Assembly: GCA_022708505.1 (NCBI GenBank)
Contig: JAKIYP010000002.1
Span: forward strand, 5,014-69,013
Length of the DNA stretch: 64,000 nt
DNA from: Bacteroidota bacterium
Lineage (GTDB): Bacteria > Bacteroidota > Bacteroidia > Bacteroidales > Paludibacteraceae
Reading direction: 5' to 3'
The notes under the pieces are model-generated. The model searched no databases and was not told where the DNA came from. It saw only the letters and a list, made by a program, of their open reading frames with translations. A program made the position numbers and the translations under genes. Of this stretch, positions 9,178 through 19,178 are shown one piece after another (the first letter of the stretch is position 1; every line of letters begins with the position of its first letter).

Positions 9178-10482
9178 ATGCATGAAATTATACAATATAT
9201 CATTCGTTTTTTAGCGGGAGATCACATTCAGGAAAGTATCCTGAAGAAAATCGGCTATACATCGGATGAACAGGAAATTATAAAATATAAGGTAGTCATC
9301 CGACCATCCGGTTTTTTTGATGATAACCTGTACGGGACAGAAGCCTCGATCCCGGCATTACCCCTGAAGTTATGGGAAGAAGTGCCCATTCTTTTCGGGG
9401 ATGAGACGACTGAAACGATAGGCGACACACTTGTTTTACACGCGGATATCATCGCGGGAACCTATTACCTGATTTCGAGGTACGAAGAAATGGTTCGTCG
9501 CCAGGTTCGTGACCCACACAACCGCTTTCCCGGGAAAGAATCCCTGCCATATAAGGCAGGATTTATCGATCGTCCCATCATTGAGGAATGGGGACTAATA
9601 TTAAGGAACAAACTAAGGGAAGCAGGTCTCAAGGTAAGTGAACCACCCCAAGAGATCAGAAAAGTTTATTTAACACACGATGTCGACCAGATTGCCCATT
9701 ACCGCAATTTCAGAGGCATGATGGGAGGTGTTCTGAGAGGCATCAAGCGACCTAAGGAAGCCAAACAAGCCATTAAAAGTTTCTTTGGAGGATTGATTTT
9801 TGACCCCTGGTACACTTTTCCTTATCTTTTCAAACTGGATCATGAACTCCGGCAGAAAATGGGAGAGAACCGGTGTGAGATCATCACCTTTATCCGGTCA
9901 TACAGCGGCAAAAGGAAAGAAGACAAGCCAATTGTAAATCTGGCTCATCCCGATTATCAGACACTCATCAGATACATCAGAAGAAAGAAAGTATCTATCG
10001 GATTACACATCAGTTATGAAGCCGGATGCAATCCCGGACTTGTTGCTGATGAAAAAAAGATACTGGAAAAGATTACCCGAAAGGAAATCTGTTATAACCG
10101 AAACCATTATCTGAACAACAGAGAACCTGAAGACTTTGAATACCTTATCAGCAGTGAAATATCAGACGACTTCAGCATGGGATATGCAGATGTGGCCGGA
10201 TTCAGACTCGGGACATGTAAGGCTGTACAATGGATTAATCCGGCAAAAAAGCAACTTACAAATCTGCGTTTACACCATCTGACCATCATGGATGTAACCC
10301 TCAGCGAAAAAAGGTATATGTATATGAATGCACACGATGCTTTTCAATACTGCGAGAGCCTGATAAATACAGTCAGAAATTTCAATGGCGAAATAAGCCT
10401 TTTGTGGCATAATAATACGGTTGAGAAACAAGTCGGTTTATATCACAGAAAATTATATCGCGACTTACTTAAATCACTCTAA
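9178..10482 (+). CDS. polysaccharide deacetylase-like protein
   Basis: LTHDVD, IGLH, RNHYL, LLWHN motifs of the NodB-like fold; upstream of a glycosyltransferase. Confidence 0.7.
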   Translation: MHEIIQYIIRFLAGDHIQESILKKIGYTSDEQEIIKYKVVIRPSGFFDDNLYGTEASIPALPLKLWEEVPILFGDETTETIGDTLVLHADIIAGTYYLISRYEEMVRRQVRDPHNRFPGKESLPYKAGFIDRPIIEEWGLILRNKLREAGLKVSEPPQEIRKVYLTHDVDQIAHYRNFRGMMGGVLRGIKRPKEAKQAIKSFFGGLIFDPWYTFPYLFKLDHELRQKMGENRCEIITFIRSYSGKRKEDKPIVNLAHPDYQTLIRYIRRKKVSIGLHISYEAGCNPGLVADEKKILEKITRKEICYNRNHYLNNREPEDFEYLISSEISDDFSMGYADVAGFRLGTCKAVQWINPAKKQLTNLRLHHLTIMDVTLSEKRYMYMNAHDAFQYCESLINTVRNFNGEISLLWHNNTVEKQVGLYHRKLYRDLLKSL

Positions 10483-10485
10483 TCC

Positions 10486-11580
10486 ATGACAACACCGAAT
10501 AATAAGAAGATAATCATTGCTGTTTCCAATGACCTTTCAACGGATCAAAGAGTACTAAAAGTAGCGAAATCTCTTTCGGAAAATGGATATGATGTGCTGT
10601 TGACCGGACGTCGTTTGAAAAACTCACTCACGCTGAATTCAGCTATTCAAAATAAAAGATTCAGTCTGATTTTCAATCGGGGATTCTTATTTTATGCAGA
10701 ACTGAATATACGCTTGTTTCTTTTTCTATTAGGTAAAAATGCTGATATACTTTATGCCAACGACACCGACACCCTACCTGCCTGTTTTTTAGCCGCCGGG
10801 ATTAAACATAAAAAACTGGTATTTGATGCTCATGAACTTTTCCCTGAGGTTCCTGAGTTACAGGATAGACCTCGTATAAAAAGATGCTGGACAAAAATTG
10901 AAGACCTGATTTTTCCTCGGCTTACGACAGCAATTACTGTCTGTGAATCAATAGCAACTTATTACAGACAGAAGTATAAGCTAAACATGCATGTAATCAG
11001 AAATGTTCCTTATTTACAAGAAGTTAATCCCAAAAAGATCGTTATACCCGGCAAAAAAATCATATTGTATCAAGGTGCTGTGAATATGGGCAGAGGCCTG
11101 GAATGGGTTATCGATGCAATGCCATACATTGAAAATGCAGTACTCTACATTATCGGAGATGGAGATATACTTACCCGGCTGAAACAAAGGGTGATTGACC
11201 AAAAATTAGACTCAAAAGTTATCTTTCACGGAAAAATACCTGCAGAGGAATTACAACCTTACACCAGCTCCGGAGATATTGGATTATGTTTATTGGAAAA
11301 CAAAGGTTTAAATTATTATTACGCTCTCCCAAACAGGGTATTCTCCTATTTACATGCTTATGTTCCTATTTTGGCCAGTCCGTTCCCTGAAATTTCTGCT
11401 ATTGTAGAAAAGCACAACACCGGAAAGTTAACAAGCGAAACATATCCTGAAAAATTAGCCGGGATAATCAATGAAATGCTAGAAAATCCTCTGAATACAA
11501 GCCATTTCGAGAAAGTAAAAAAGCTATACTGTTGGGAGGAAGAAGAAAAAATTTTATTACAGCTTATTAACTCATTGTAA
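10486..11580 (+). CDS. GT4 family glycosyltransferase
   Basis: DQRVLK, FDAHE, YQGAVNMGRGLE, LPNRVFSY. Confidence 0.85.
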   Translation: MTTPNNKKIIIAVSNDLSTDQRVLKVAKSLSENGYDVLLTGRRLKNSLTLNSAIQNKRFSLIFNRGFLFYAELNIRLFLFLLGKNADILYANDTDTLPACFLAAGIKHKKLVFDAHELFPEVPELQDRPRIKRCWTKIEDLIFPRLTTAITVCESIATYYRQKYKLNMHVIRNVPYLQEVNPKKIVIPGKKIILYQGAVNMGRGLEWVIDAMPYIENAVLYIIGDGDILTRLKQRVIDQKLDSKVIFHGKIPAEELQPYTSSGDIGLCLLENKGLNYYYALPNRVFSYLHAYVPILASPFPEISAIVEKHNTGKLTSETYPEKLAGIINEMLENPLNTSHFEKVKKLYCWEEEEKILLQLINSL

Positions 11581-11667
11581 CAAACATACATGACACAGAT
11601 TTGTTTAACTAATCATTAAAGTGCCCTATCATAATTATTTTTATCTTTGTGTTCAAATGTAGATTTT

Positions 11668-13473
11668 ATGGCTCAAACAAACTCAAAACTCTTATTATTC
11701 ATATTTTCTTTACTGATTTCTCACAATAGTTATTCCGTCCCTGCTACCCCCCATCCGGTTACCCGCGTACAACCCGACGGAAGTGAACTTACCGTTTATC
11801 TGAGAGGTGACGAATTCTTTAAATATGAACTGACTACCGACGGGTATTTAATTCGTCGTGACAAGCAGGGTTTCTATCAGTATGCTGAAAAAGACACCAA
11901 AGGAGCAATCAGAACAACCGGCATAAGGGTTAACCCGGCTAACAAGCGGACTGAAGCGGAGAAAAGATACATCAGTACTGCCGAAGTTAATCCATCTTTC
12001 ATCACTGAGATCAATAAACGGAAAGCACAAAAAGCAATCCGGAGAAACGACAAAAGAGGCACATTTCCCCGAACCGGTTCACCAAAATCCATTGTCATCC
12101 TGGTTAACTTCCTGAACGTTCCCTTTGTAACACTCAACCCCAATACGGCATTTACAAACATGCTCAACAAAGAGGGATATAATGCCAATGGAGGTACCGG
12201 TTCAGCACGTGATTACTTTATTGCCGCTTCAAACAGATTATCATCACCCGAATTTGTAGTCGTTGGTCCATATACCTTACCGAATACCCGCGCCTATTAC
12301 GGCGCCAATGACCTGACAACTGACGATGACAGGAGACCGCAACAGATGGTGGTAGATGCCTGCACCGCCGCTGCTGCCGACGGAGTAAACTTTGCCGAAT
12401 ACGATACCGATAATGATGGCGTTGTCGACAATATTTTCATTTTTTATGCCGGACATAACGAGGCTGAAGGCGGTCCGGATGAATCAATCTGGCCGCACCG
12501 GTGGGAACTGTACGAGGATCTTGTATTCAATGGAAAGATGATAAAGGGATATGCCTGTACTTCTGAGCTCAGAGGGAGCAGCGGAGCAAACATGTCAGGA
12601 ATTGGTACTTTTACCCATGAGTTCGGTCATGTTTACGGATTGGTTGATTATTATGCCACAAACGGAGAAGACCACCATACCCTCTGGAACTGGAACATCA
12701 TGGATAACGGTGCTTATCTGAATCAGGGCAGAACACCACCGACTTATTCAGCCTACGATCGTTTTTATTTGGGTTGGCTGGTTCCGGATATCCTCAAATT
12801 CCCCAAACATATTTTTCTGGAAGATATAAAAACGAGTAATCAAGCCTTTATAATCACAGCAACAGGCAATCACAACCTGGTTGGAGAAGATCCGAATCCG
12901 GTGGAATTTTTCATGCTTGAAAATAGACAGAAAACCGGATGGGACAGCTTCCTTCCGAACAGCGGCATGTTGATTACACGAATTTACTACAATGCTAACG
13001 CTTGGGAGAATAACAGTCCAAACAACAATGCTGATGCAATGGGGGTTGACATCATAGAAGCTGATGGTATCGCCAGCACGTTTTCACTGGCAGGAGATCC
13101 CTTTCCGGGCACTAAAAATGTCACTGAATATGCACCGGTACTCAGAAACGGGACAGAGCTCAACCGGCCATTAACCAATATCAAGCTGGAAAACAAAATC
13201 ATCAGCTTTGATTTCATGGGAGGAGGCGAAGGACTGATTCAGTTCTCAAGCAGAGACAACAGCATGAATGTATTCAGCGATAGTGATGGCAATATCATCC
13301 TGGATAAAGGGAAAAATACGGATGACAATAAAATGGTTTATGTTTATAATGCAACCGGACAACTTTTACGACAGGTAGAGTCTTCTTCACAAATTGTATC
13401 AATCAGCAGTCTGAATAAAAACGCTTTGTATATCCTGAAAGCAGGTAAAGATGCCATCAAAATAAGGCTTTAA
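11668..13473 (+). CDS. M6 family (immune inhibitor A-like) secreted metalloprotease with T9SS-like C-terminus
   Basis: Signal peptide, QPDG..GDE propeptide, IWPH, HEFGH zinc motif, C-terminal YILK..KI. Confidence 0.85.
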   Translation: MAQTNSKLLLFIFSLLISHNSYSVPATPHPVTRVQPDGSELTVYLRGDEFFKYELTTDGYLIRRDKQGFYQYAEKDTKGAIRTTGIRVNPANKRTEAEKRYISTAEVNPSFITEINKRKAQKAIRRNDKRGTFPRTGSPKSIVILVNFLNVPFVTLNPNTAFTNMLNKEGYNANGGTGSARDYFIAASNRLSSPEFVVVGPYTLPNTRAYYGANDLTTDDDRRPQQMVVDACTAAAADGVNFAEYDTDNDGVVDNIFIFYAGHNEAEGGPDESIWPHRWELYEDLVFNGKMIKGYACTSELRGSSGANMSGIGTFTHEFGHVYGLVDYYATNGEDHHTLWNWNIMDNGAYLNQGRTPPTYSAYDRFYLGWLVPDILKFPKHIFLEDIKTSNQAFIITATGNHNLVGEDPNPVEFFMLENRQKTGWDSFLPNSGMLITRIYYNANAWENNSPNNNADAMGVDIIEADGIASTFSLAGDPFPGTKNVTEYAPVLRNGTELNRPLTNIKLENKIISFDFMGGGEGLIQFSSRDNSMNVFSDSDGNIILDKGKNTDDNKMVYVYNATGQLLRQVESSSQIVSISSLNKNALYILKAGKDAIKIRL

Positions 13474-13493
13474 GGCTGTAGTGTATAAACAAC

Positions 13494-13538
13494 AAATGAC
13501 AAGCCCGTTGAAATTGATTCTCAACTGGCTTGTCATTT
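13494..13538. terminator. bidirectional terminator hairpin between convergent genes
   Basis: AAATGACAAGCC...GGCTTGTCATTT inverted repeat. Confidence 0.7.
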
Positions 13539-13576
13539 ACACTTAAAAATTATCTTCTGTACTATGCTGATACAGA

Positions 13577-13834
13577 TTATTTCTTTTCCATCCGTTTTGC
13601 ATAACGGTTCATGAACTTGTCAACACGTCCTGCGGTATCTACCAGTTTAGATTTACCGGTATAAAAAGGATGTGAACTGCTGGAGATTTCAAGTTTCATT
13701 AAAGGATAACTTACTCCGTCGATTTCAATGGTTTCTCTACTGTTCACTGTTGAACGTGTAAAAAAGGTATCGCCATTCGACATGTCTTTAAACACAACCG
13801 TGCGATAGTTTTCTGGGTGGATTCCGCTTTTCAT
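13577..13834 (-). CDS. rpmE2: 50S ribosomal protein L31 type B
   Basis: [26 protein letters not shown]; no Cys. Confidence 0.95.
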   Translation of the reverse strand: MKSGIHPENYRTVVFKDMSNGDTFFTRSTVNSRETIEIDGVSYPLMKLEISSSSHPFYTGKSKLVDTAGRVDKFMNRYAKRMEKK

Positions 13835-13922
13835 ATCTTATGTTTTAATTTCTTTATTCTTACAAATTGGCTTGCAAAAGTACAACAATTAATTTAATTT
13901 CCAAAGAGAAAATCTGTTTTTT

Positions 13923-14822
13923 TTACCTGCTCCCAAAATAGAGCAACAACATTCCTATTAAAACTCCTATTAAATCAATCATCTTTAATTTTAGATACTT
14001 ATCACGCAGTACCAGTGCCCCGTAGATAAAGGGCACAATTACCCCTGCCCTTCTGACGGTTCCCAGGACTGAGATCAGTGAATCGGGCAACGTTAACGCG
14101 TAAAAATAAACGAAATCGGAGCTAACCAGTAGGATGGAAATAAATACAATAGACCAGCGGAATCGAAAGGGCGTTGTCTTTTTACGGGTCGGACACCACA
14201 GGGTAAAGGTGATGACAGCCATCATGATGACCTGATAAAAGGTATAATATACCTGCACGGCCATGTGGTTGAACTGCCCCATCAGGTATTTATCGTACAA
14301 CCCGCTGGTGGCGCCGGTTACCGTAGCCATGATGATAAACCATATCCATTTGTTTTTGCCAAACACATAACCTTCTTTTTTCCCGATCAGCGAAAACATA
14401 AAGAATGACACCAGTGTAATAGCGATACCTCCAATCTGAAAACCGTTCAACTGCTCCCCAAAGATTAACACACCCCCGAGCACCACCAGTACCGGCTGCG
14501 TAGCTTTAATGGGCGCTGCCAGGGTGAGTGGCAGGTTCTTCATGGCAAAATAGGCAAAGAGCCAGGAGGACAACACAATCGTCGACTTAGCTAAAATCAG
14601 CATATGCGTTTTGAAATCCACCTGCGGCACAAAGAAGATTCCACCTTCCAACCATGCAGGTGCAAAACTGGAAATCAACAGGAATGGCAATAAAATCAAT
14701 GAAGAGATGAAAATGGACGAAAACAAAACCGGTATCACGGCATTTTCATGCACCGATACCTTCTTGCTTACCTCGTAAGAGCCAAGTAACAAAGCGGATA
14801 TTATGCCAAGAAAGAGCCACAT
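13923..14822 (-). CDS. EamA/DMT family transporter
   Basis: About 10 hydrophobic segments arranged as two repeats. Confidence 0.8.
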   Translation of the reverse strand: MWLFLGIISALLLGSYEVSKKVSVHENAVIPVLFSSIFISSLILLPFLLISSFAPAWLEGGIFFVPQVDFKTHMLILAKSTIVLSSWLFAYFAMKNLPLTLAAPIKATQPVLVVLGGVLIFGEQLNGFQIGGIAITLVSFFMFSLIGKKEGYVFGKNKWIWFIIMATVTGATSGLYDKYLMGQFNHMAVQVYYTFYQVIMMAVITFTLWCPTRKKTTPFRFRWSIVFISILLVSSDFVYFYALTLPDSLISVLGTVRRAGVIVPFIYGALVLRDKYLKLKMIDLIGVLIGMLLLYFGSR

Positions 14823-14842
14823 GATTTTTTTCGAAAATTAAT

Positions 14843-14960
14843 TAGTGAATAGCGAATAACTATTACTTCATTAATAAATATTGTCAGTGCAAAACAAACA
14901 CTTAACCCTCATTCGCTATTCGCTATTAGTTATTCGCTATTCGCTATTAGTTATTCGCTA
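14843..14960. repeat. converging heptamer arrays (TAGTGAA-TAGCGAA ... TTCGCTA/TTAGTTA x7) containing the truA stop codon
   Basis: Read directly; includes a duplicated 21-bp higher-order unit. Confidence 0.85.
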
Positions 14961-15708
14961 TTAAATAAATTTCATCAGGATAATTCACCTCCACTAAATA
15001 AAGTCCATGGGCAGGAACCGAAACGCCTGCTTTGCAGCGGTCTTTGGCTTCGATGATGCGGCAAAAATCAGCCACACTTAATTTGTGCATACCCACATCA
15101 AAGAGAGTTCCGACGATAGAACGTACCATGTTGCGCAGGAAACGGTCGGCCTCGATGGTAAACACCCATTCATCTCCCACTTGTTGCCAGACAGCTTCAG
15201 TTATCACACAATTATTAGTTTTCACATCGGTATGCAGCTTACTGAAGCTGGTAAAATCGGTGTAGTCCTTCAGTTTCTGCGCTGCCTCATTCATCAAATC
15301 AAAATCCAGCGGATGAAACATTCTCAACGCCAGATTTTCCTTAAACACATTTTTACCTATATACAAATGATATTCGTATTTTCGGGAAATGGCATCGAAA
15401 CGGGCATGGGCATCGGGGTTCACTGCAATAATCTTATCCACGGCAATGTCCTTCGGCAGGATACTATTCAGTCTGCGCACATAATCACCTCCTGCTAAAT
15501 CTGCATGTCCGGAATCAAAATGAGCCACCATCTGTTTCGCATGTACGCCGGTATCGGTGCGACCGGCAGCCACCACTTCCGTTTCTTCGCGGAGCAAGGT
15601 GCGCAAACCATTCGTGAACACTTCCTGCACGGAAATACCGTTGGGCTGGATTTGCCAGCCGTGGTAGGCTTTACCATTGTATGCAAAATAGATGAAGTAA
15701 CGCATCAC
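14947..15708 (-). CDS. truA: tRNA pseudouridine(38-40) synthase
   Basis: YHGWQ.Q, AGRTDTGVHA, FLRNMVR. Confidence 0.96.
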   Translation of the reverse strand: MMRYFIYFAYNGKAYHGWQIQPNGISVQEVFTNGLRTLLREETEVVAAGRTDTGVHAKQMVAHFDSGHADLAGGDYVRRLNSILPKDIAVDKIIAVNPDAHARFDAISRKYEYHLYIGKNVFKENLALRMFHPLDFDLMNEAAQKLKDYTDFTSFSKLHTDVKTNNCVITEAVWQQVGDEWVFTIEADRFLRNMVRSIVGTLFDVGMHKLSVADFCRIIEAKDRCKAGVSVPAHGLYLVEVNYPDEIYLIANN

Positions 15709-16571
15709 TGAAACACAACGGTTCGGTTTTTATAGGTGAGGGTTTTTCTTTCGATGTGTTTTTCGACGGCGCGCGAAAGCACAATTTTTTCCAAATCACG
15801 ACCTTTGTGTATCAACACATCTACCGTATCCACATGTGAAATACGGGTCACATCCTGCTCGATAATCGGACCGGCATCCAGGTCGGTGGTCACATAGTGA
15901 CTGGTTGCTCCGATAATTTTCACGCCACGTTCATGTGCTGCATGGTAAGGTTTCGCTCCCATGAAAGCCGGAAGGAAAGAATGGTGGATATTGATGATAC
16001 GATCGGGGTAATGGTTGATAAATTCCGGAGACAGGATTTGCATGTACCGAGCGAGAACGCAAAAAGTAATGCCTTTCGACTTCATCAATTCCAGTTCCTT
16101 AGCTTCCTGTTCAGCCTTATTTTCCTTGTTGATGGGGAAATAATGATACTCTATACCGAAACGTTTCGCCACAGGTTCCATATCCGGGTGATTACTGATG
16201 ATCAGCGGAATATCCACATGCCACTCCCCTGCCGCATAGCGCGACAATAAATCGTACAAGCAATGGGGCATCTTCGAAACAAAGATTGCCATACGGGGTT
16301 TTGTATCGGAAAAATAAAGCCTGAAGTGCATGTCAAACCGGCTTGCCAGCAGGGTTTGGAAATAATCCTGAATTTTTTCCTTGGGAATCTGGAAGGTGTC
16401 CAAATCCCATTTCACACGCATGAAGAAAACTTTTTCTTCGCGGTTTACATACTGGTCGAGGTACAAAATATTACCACTATGCTGATTGATGAACTCAGTC
16501 ACAGCCGCCAGAATCCCGGGTTTATCGGGACAGTGCAGTAACAATACTGCCGTATTATCGTTTAATTTCAT
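15705..16571 (-). CDS. purU: formyltetrahydrofolate deformylase
   Basis: ACT domain, LARYMQIL, INIHHSFLPAF, GVKIIGATSH. Confidence 0.96.
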   Translation of the reverse strand: MKLNDNTAVLLLHCPDKPGILAAVTEFINQHSGNILYLDQYVNREEKVFFMRVKWDLDTFQIPKEKIQDYFQTLLASRFDMHFRLYFSDTKPRMAIFVSKMPHCLYDLLSRYAAGEWHVDIPLIISNHPDMEPVAKRFGIEYHYFPINKENKAEQEAKELELMKSKGITFCVLARYMQILSPEFINHYPDRIINIHHSFLPAFMGAKPYHAAHERGVKIIGATSHYVTTDLDAGPIIEQDVTRISHVDTVDVLIHKGRDLEKIVLSRAVEKHIERKTLTYKNRTVVFQ

Positions 16572-16636
16572 TTTCTTTCTGATAATCTACCTTAAAAACG
16601 AACTGCAAAGATAGTATTTATCAATGAAAGAAAAAA

Positions 16637-17167
16637 TCAGTCATGCTCCACCCAAATCAATTTATCGGTATCAAAACCAATTTCCTGCGCTTTTTTTACA
16701 TAAGCGGTTTTAATCTCTTCGGGAATAGTTTTCTCTCTGGCCAGAATCCAGAGGTATTCAAGACTACTGCCGGCGATGAGCGCGTATTTATACTCATCAT
16801 CTAAGGCAATAACATTGTAACCTCCGTAAAACGGTCCGAAGAACGACACTTTCAGCATGGCAACTGTTGGGTCACCCACGAACTTAGCTTTACCGTTTGC
16901 TTCTTTCCACTCTTTCTTTACATAATTATATCCCCGATTGGTCACATCAATAAAACCGTCATCACGCAATTGGTAAAATGCAGTAGTATTATTCAGATCC
17001 TTTTCAAACCTGAAATCAAAACGCGCAATTTCATACCACTTGCCTAAGTATTTCTCTTTATCGAAAGATGTTACAGCCACTGCTCCGGGAGGAATGGTAC
17101 TGCAGGATTTAAGGAATAGTCCCATGCTGCAAAGGATGATTGTTAATAATGTGGTTGTTTTCATCAT
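16637..17167 (-). CDS. blc: outer-membrane lipocalin (Blc-like lipoprotein)
   Basis: Lipobox LKSC, YLGKWYEIAR, LKVSFFGPF. Confidence 0.88.
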   Translation of the reverse strand: MMKTTTLLTIILCSMGLFLKSCSTIPPGAVAVTSFDKEKYLGKWYEIARFDFRFEKDLNNTTAFYQLRDDGFIDVTNRGYNYVKKEWKEANGKAKFVGDPTVAMLKVSFFGPFYGGYNVIALDDEYKYALIAGSSLEYLWILAREKTIPEEIKTAYVKKAQEIGFDTDKLIWVEHD

Positions 17168-17200
17168 GATATTTTTATGTTTTACCTGTTCATCACCAAC

Positions 17201-17286
17201 GCTACCTACGGCAGCTCTTTATAAGTGTGTACTTCTAAACCTGCCAGTAAACTGGCAGGTTACAGAGATCTGCTTCCTACGGAAGC
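17201..17286. repeat. three-hairpin REP-like module (A-spacer-B-linker-A)
   Basis: GCTACCTACGGCAGC, 22 nt, AACCTGCCAGT-AA-ACTGGCAGGTT, 10 nt, GCTTCCTACGGAAGC. Confidence 0.7.
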
Positions 17287-17329
17287 TATTCATGCAGCAT
17301 CTTCCAAATAAAGCAGACAGATAGATCCA

Positions 17330-19093
17330 TTATGCGAATAATTTTTCTATTCTCTCGGCATAATGCCCCTCAATCACATTTCGCTTGATTTTCAGGGTTG
17401 GCGACAGGAAACCACCGGGCTGCGTCCACTCTTCAGGAACCAGTTGCCAGCGTTTCACCTGCTCGAAATCGCCAAAGAATACATTATATTTCTTCACCTC
17501 TTCTTCGTAACGTTTCAGTACAACCTTATTCTGAATCACTTCTTCATTGGTAGTATAAGGGATGTTGTGAATACCGCACCACGACTTCAAATACACAAAA
17601 TCAGGTGAAATCAACGCAGCAGCAAATTTCTTATTCTCACCCACCACAATCATGTTATCTATAAACGGCGATTCGGTAAATTTAGACTCAATCGCCTGGG
17701 GATTCACATATTTACCAAAGGATGTTTTGAAAATACTTTTCAAACGACCCGTAATAATCAACTGACCTTCGGAGGTAAATTTTCCGGTATCGCCGGTATG
17801 GAACCAACCATCGGCATCAATTACCTGTGAAGTCAGCTCAGGAGCACGGTAATAACCCAGCATCACATTGTGACCGCGACACATGATTTCGTCTCTCTCG
17901 CCCAATTTCACTTGAACACCCGGCAATGGCAGTCCTACCGTTCCGAATTTGCGGCCGTGTTTGCCACGCTGACTTACCGCGATAACTGGAGAAGTTTCGC
18001 TCAACCCGTAACCCTCGAACACCGGCATACCAATCGCTGAGAAGAAAGATCCCATGTGCGGCTGCAAAGCCGAGCCTCCCGACACCACGATATCGAAATT
18101 ACCGCCTATGGCTTCGCGCCACTTGGAAAAAATAAGTTTATCGGCTAGCTTCAGTTGTTGTTTCATGCACCAGCTATTGCCTTCCAACTGATATTTGGTG
18201 GCTAAATTAAATGCCCAATAATACAATTTCCGTTTAATAAAAGGTAGTTTCTTGCCGGCCAGATATAGTTTATCGTATATTTTTTCGAGTAAGCGGGGTA
18301 CTGCCGACATCATCGTAGGTTTAATTTCTTTGATGTTATCTGCAATGGTCGCCAGACTTTCAGCATAATAAACCGACATTCCCAGGTATTGATAGAGGTA
18401 AACCAACATACGTTCGTAAGCATGGCAAAGCGGAAGGAAACTCAGAGCTGTTTTACTCCAGCCCGACGGTGTTGTTCTCAGATTCATAATCTGATTCACA
18501 ATATTACTGTGCGACAACATCACCCCTTTTGGATTTCCGGTGGTACCTGACGTATAGATAATCGTTGCCATATCCTCCGTTTTAATGGCAGCTTTGATTT
18601 TTGCCAGTTCTTCCGGCACCGGGTTTTCTTTTCCCAGTTGAATGAGTTGATCTAAGTATTTATAATCCCCGTCTTCTTCATCGAAAAGAAAAATTTCTTT
18701 CAACGTTTTAACCTCGGGCATGACCGGCTCCAATTTTTTGAGCAATGACTTCCCATCAATAAAAATCATTTTCATCTCGGCATGATTCAGGATGTAACGA
18801 TAATCGTCCTGACTGATGGTCGGATAAATTGGAATTGAAATAGCTCCCGACTGCATGATGGCCATGTCAAGCATATTCCATTCGGGACGGTTGCCACTGA
18901 CAATACCGATATTATCTCCGGCTTTCACCCCCAGCTTCAATAATCCGTAGCTGATATGATTCACTGCATCAACATACTCCTGAATGCTGATCTTCTTCCA
19001 TGCACCATTTTTTTTACTGGCTAATGCCGCATCCTGTGTTGGATATTTTTCAAGATAATTATCCAACAAATCAAATATACGTGTAACTTCCAT
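17330..19093 (-). CDS. long-chain fatty acid-CoA ligase
   Basis: IIYTSGTTGNPKG, EGYGLSET, GWFHTGD; start taken at MEVTRIF. Confidence 0.92.
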   Translation of the reverse strand: MEVTRIFDLLDNYLEKYPTQDAALASKKNGAWKKISIQEYVDAVNHISYGLLKLGVKAGDNIGIVSGNRPEWNMLDMAIMQSGAISIPIYPTISQDDYRYILNHAEMKMIFIDGKSLLKKLEPVMPEVKTLKEIFLFDEEDGDYKYLDQLIQLGKENPVPEELAKIKAAIKTEDMATIIYTSGTTGNPKGVMLSHSNIVNQIMNLRTTPSGWSKTALSFLPLCHAYERMLVYLYQYLGMSVYYAESLATIADNIKEIKPTMMSAVPRLLEKIYDKLYLAGKKLPFIKRKLYYWAFNLATKYQLEGNSWCMKQQLKLADKLIFSKWREAIGGNFDIVVSGGSALQPHMGSFFSAIGMPVFEGYGLSETSPVIAVSQRGKHGRKFGTVGLPLPGVQVKLGERDEIMCRGHNVMLGYYRAPELTSQVIDADGWFHTGDTGKFTSEGQLIITGRLKSIFKTSFGKYVNPQAIESKFTESPFIDNMIVVGENKKFAAALISPDFVYLKSWCGIHNIPYTTNEEVIQNKVVLKRYEEEVKKYNVFFGDFEQVKRWQLVPEEWTQPGGFLSPTLKIKRNVIEGHYAERIEKLFA

Positions 19094-19178
19094 ACAATAT
19101 TTCTTTAGCTTATGTTTCTTAAAAGATTCTAATCGAACCTTCAAAAGTAAAAAATATTATTGAATATTCAACAAATAT

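Noticed and set aside
13577-13834. Zinc-free L31 as a zinc-starvation paralog
   Set aside because: Type B L31 is the usual form in Bacteroidetes, and no regulatory evidence was seen.
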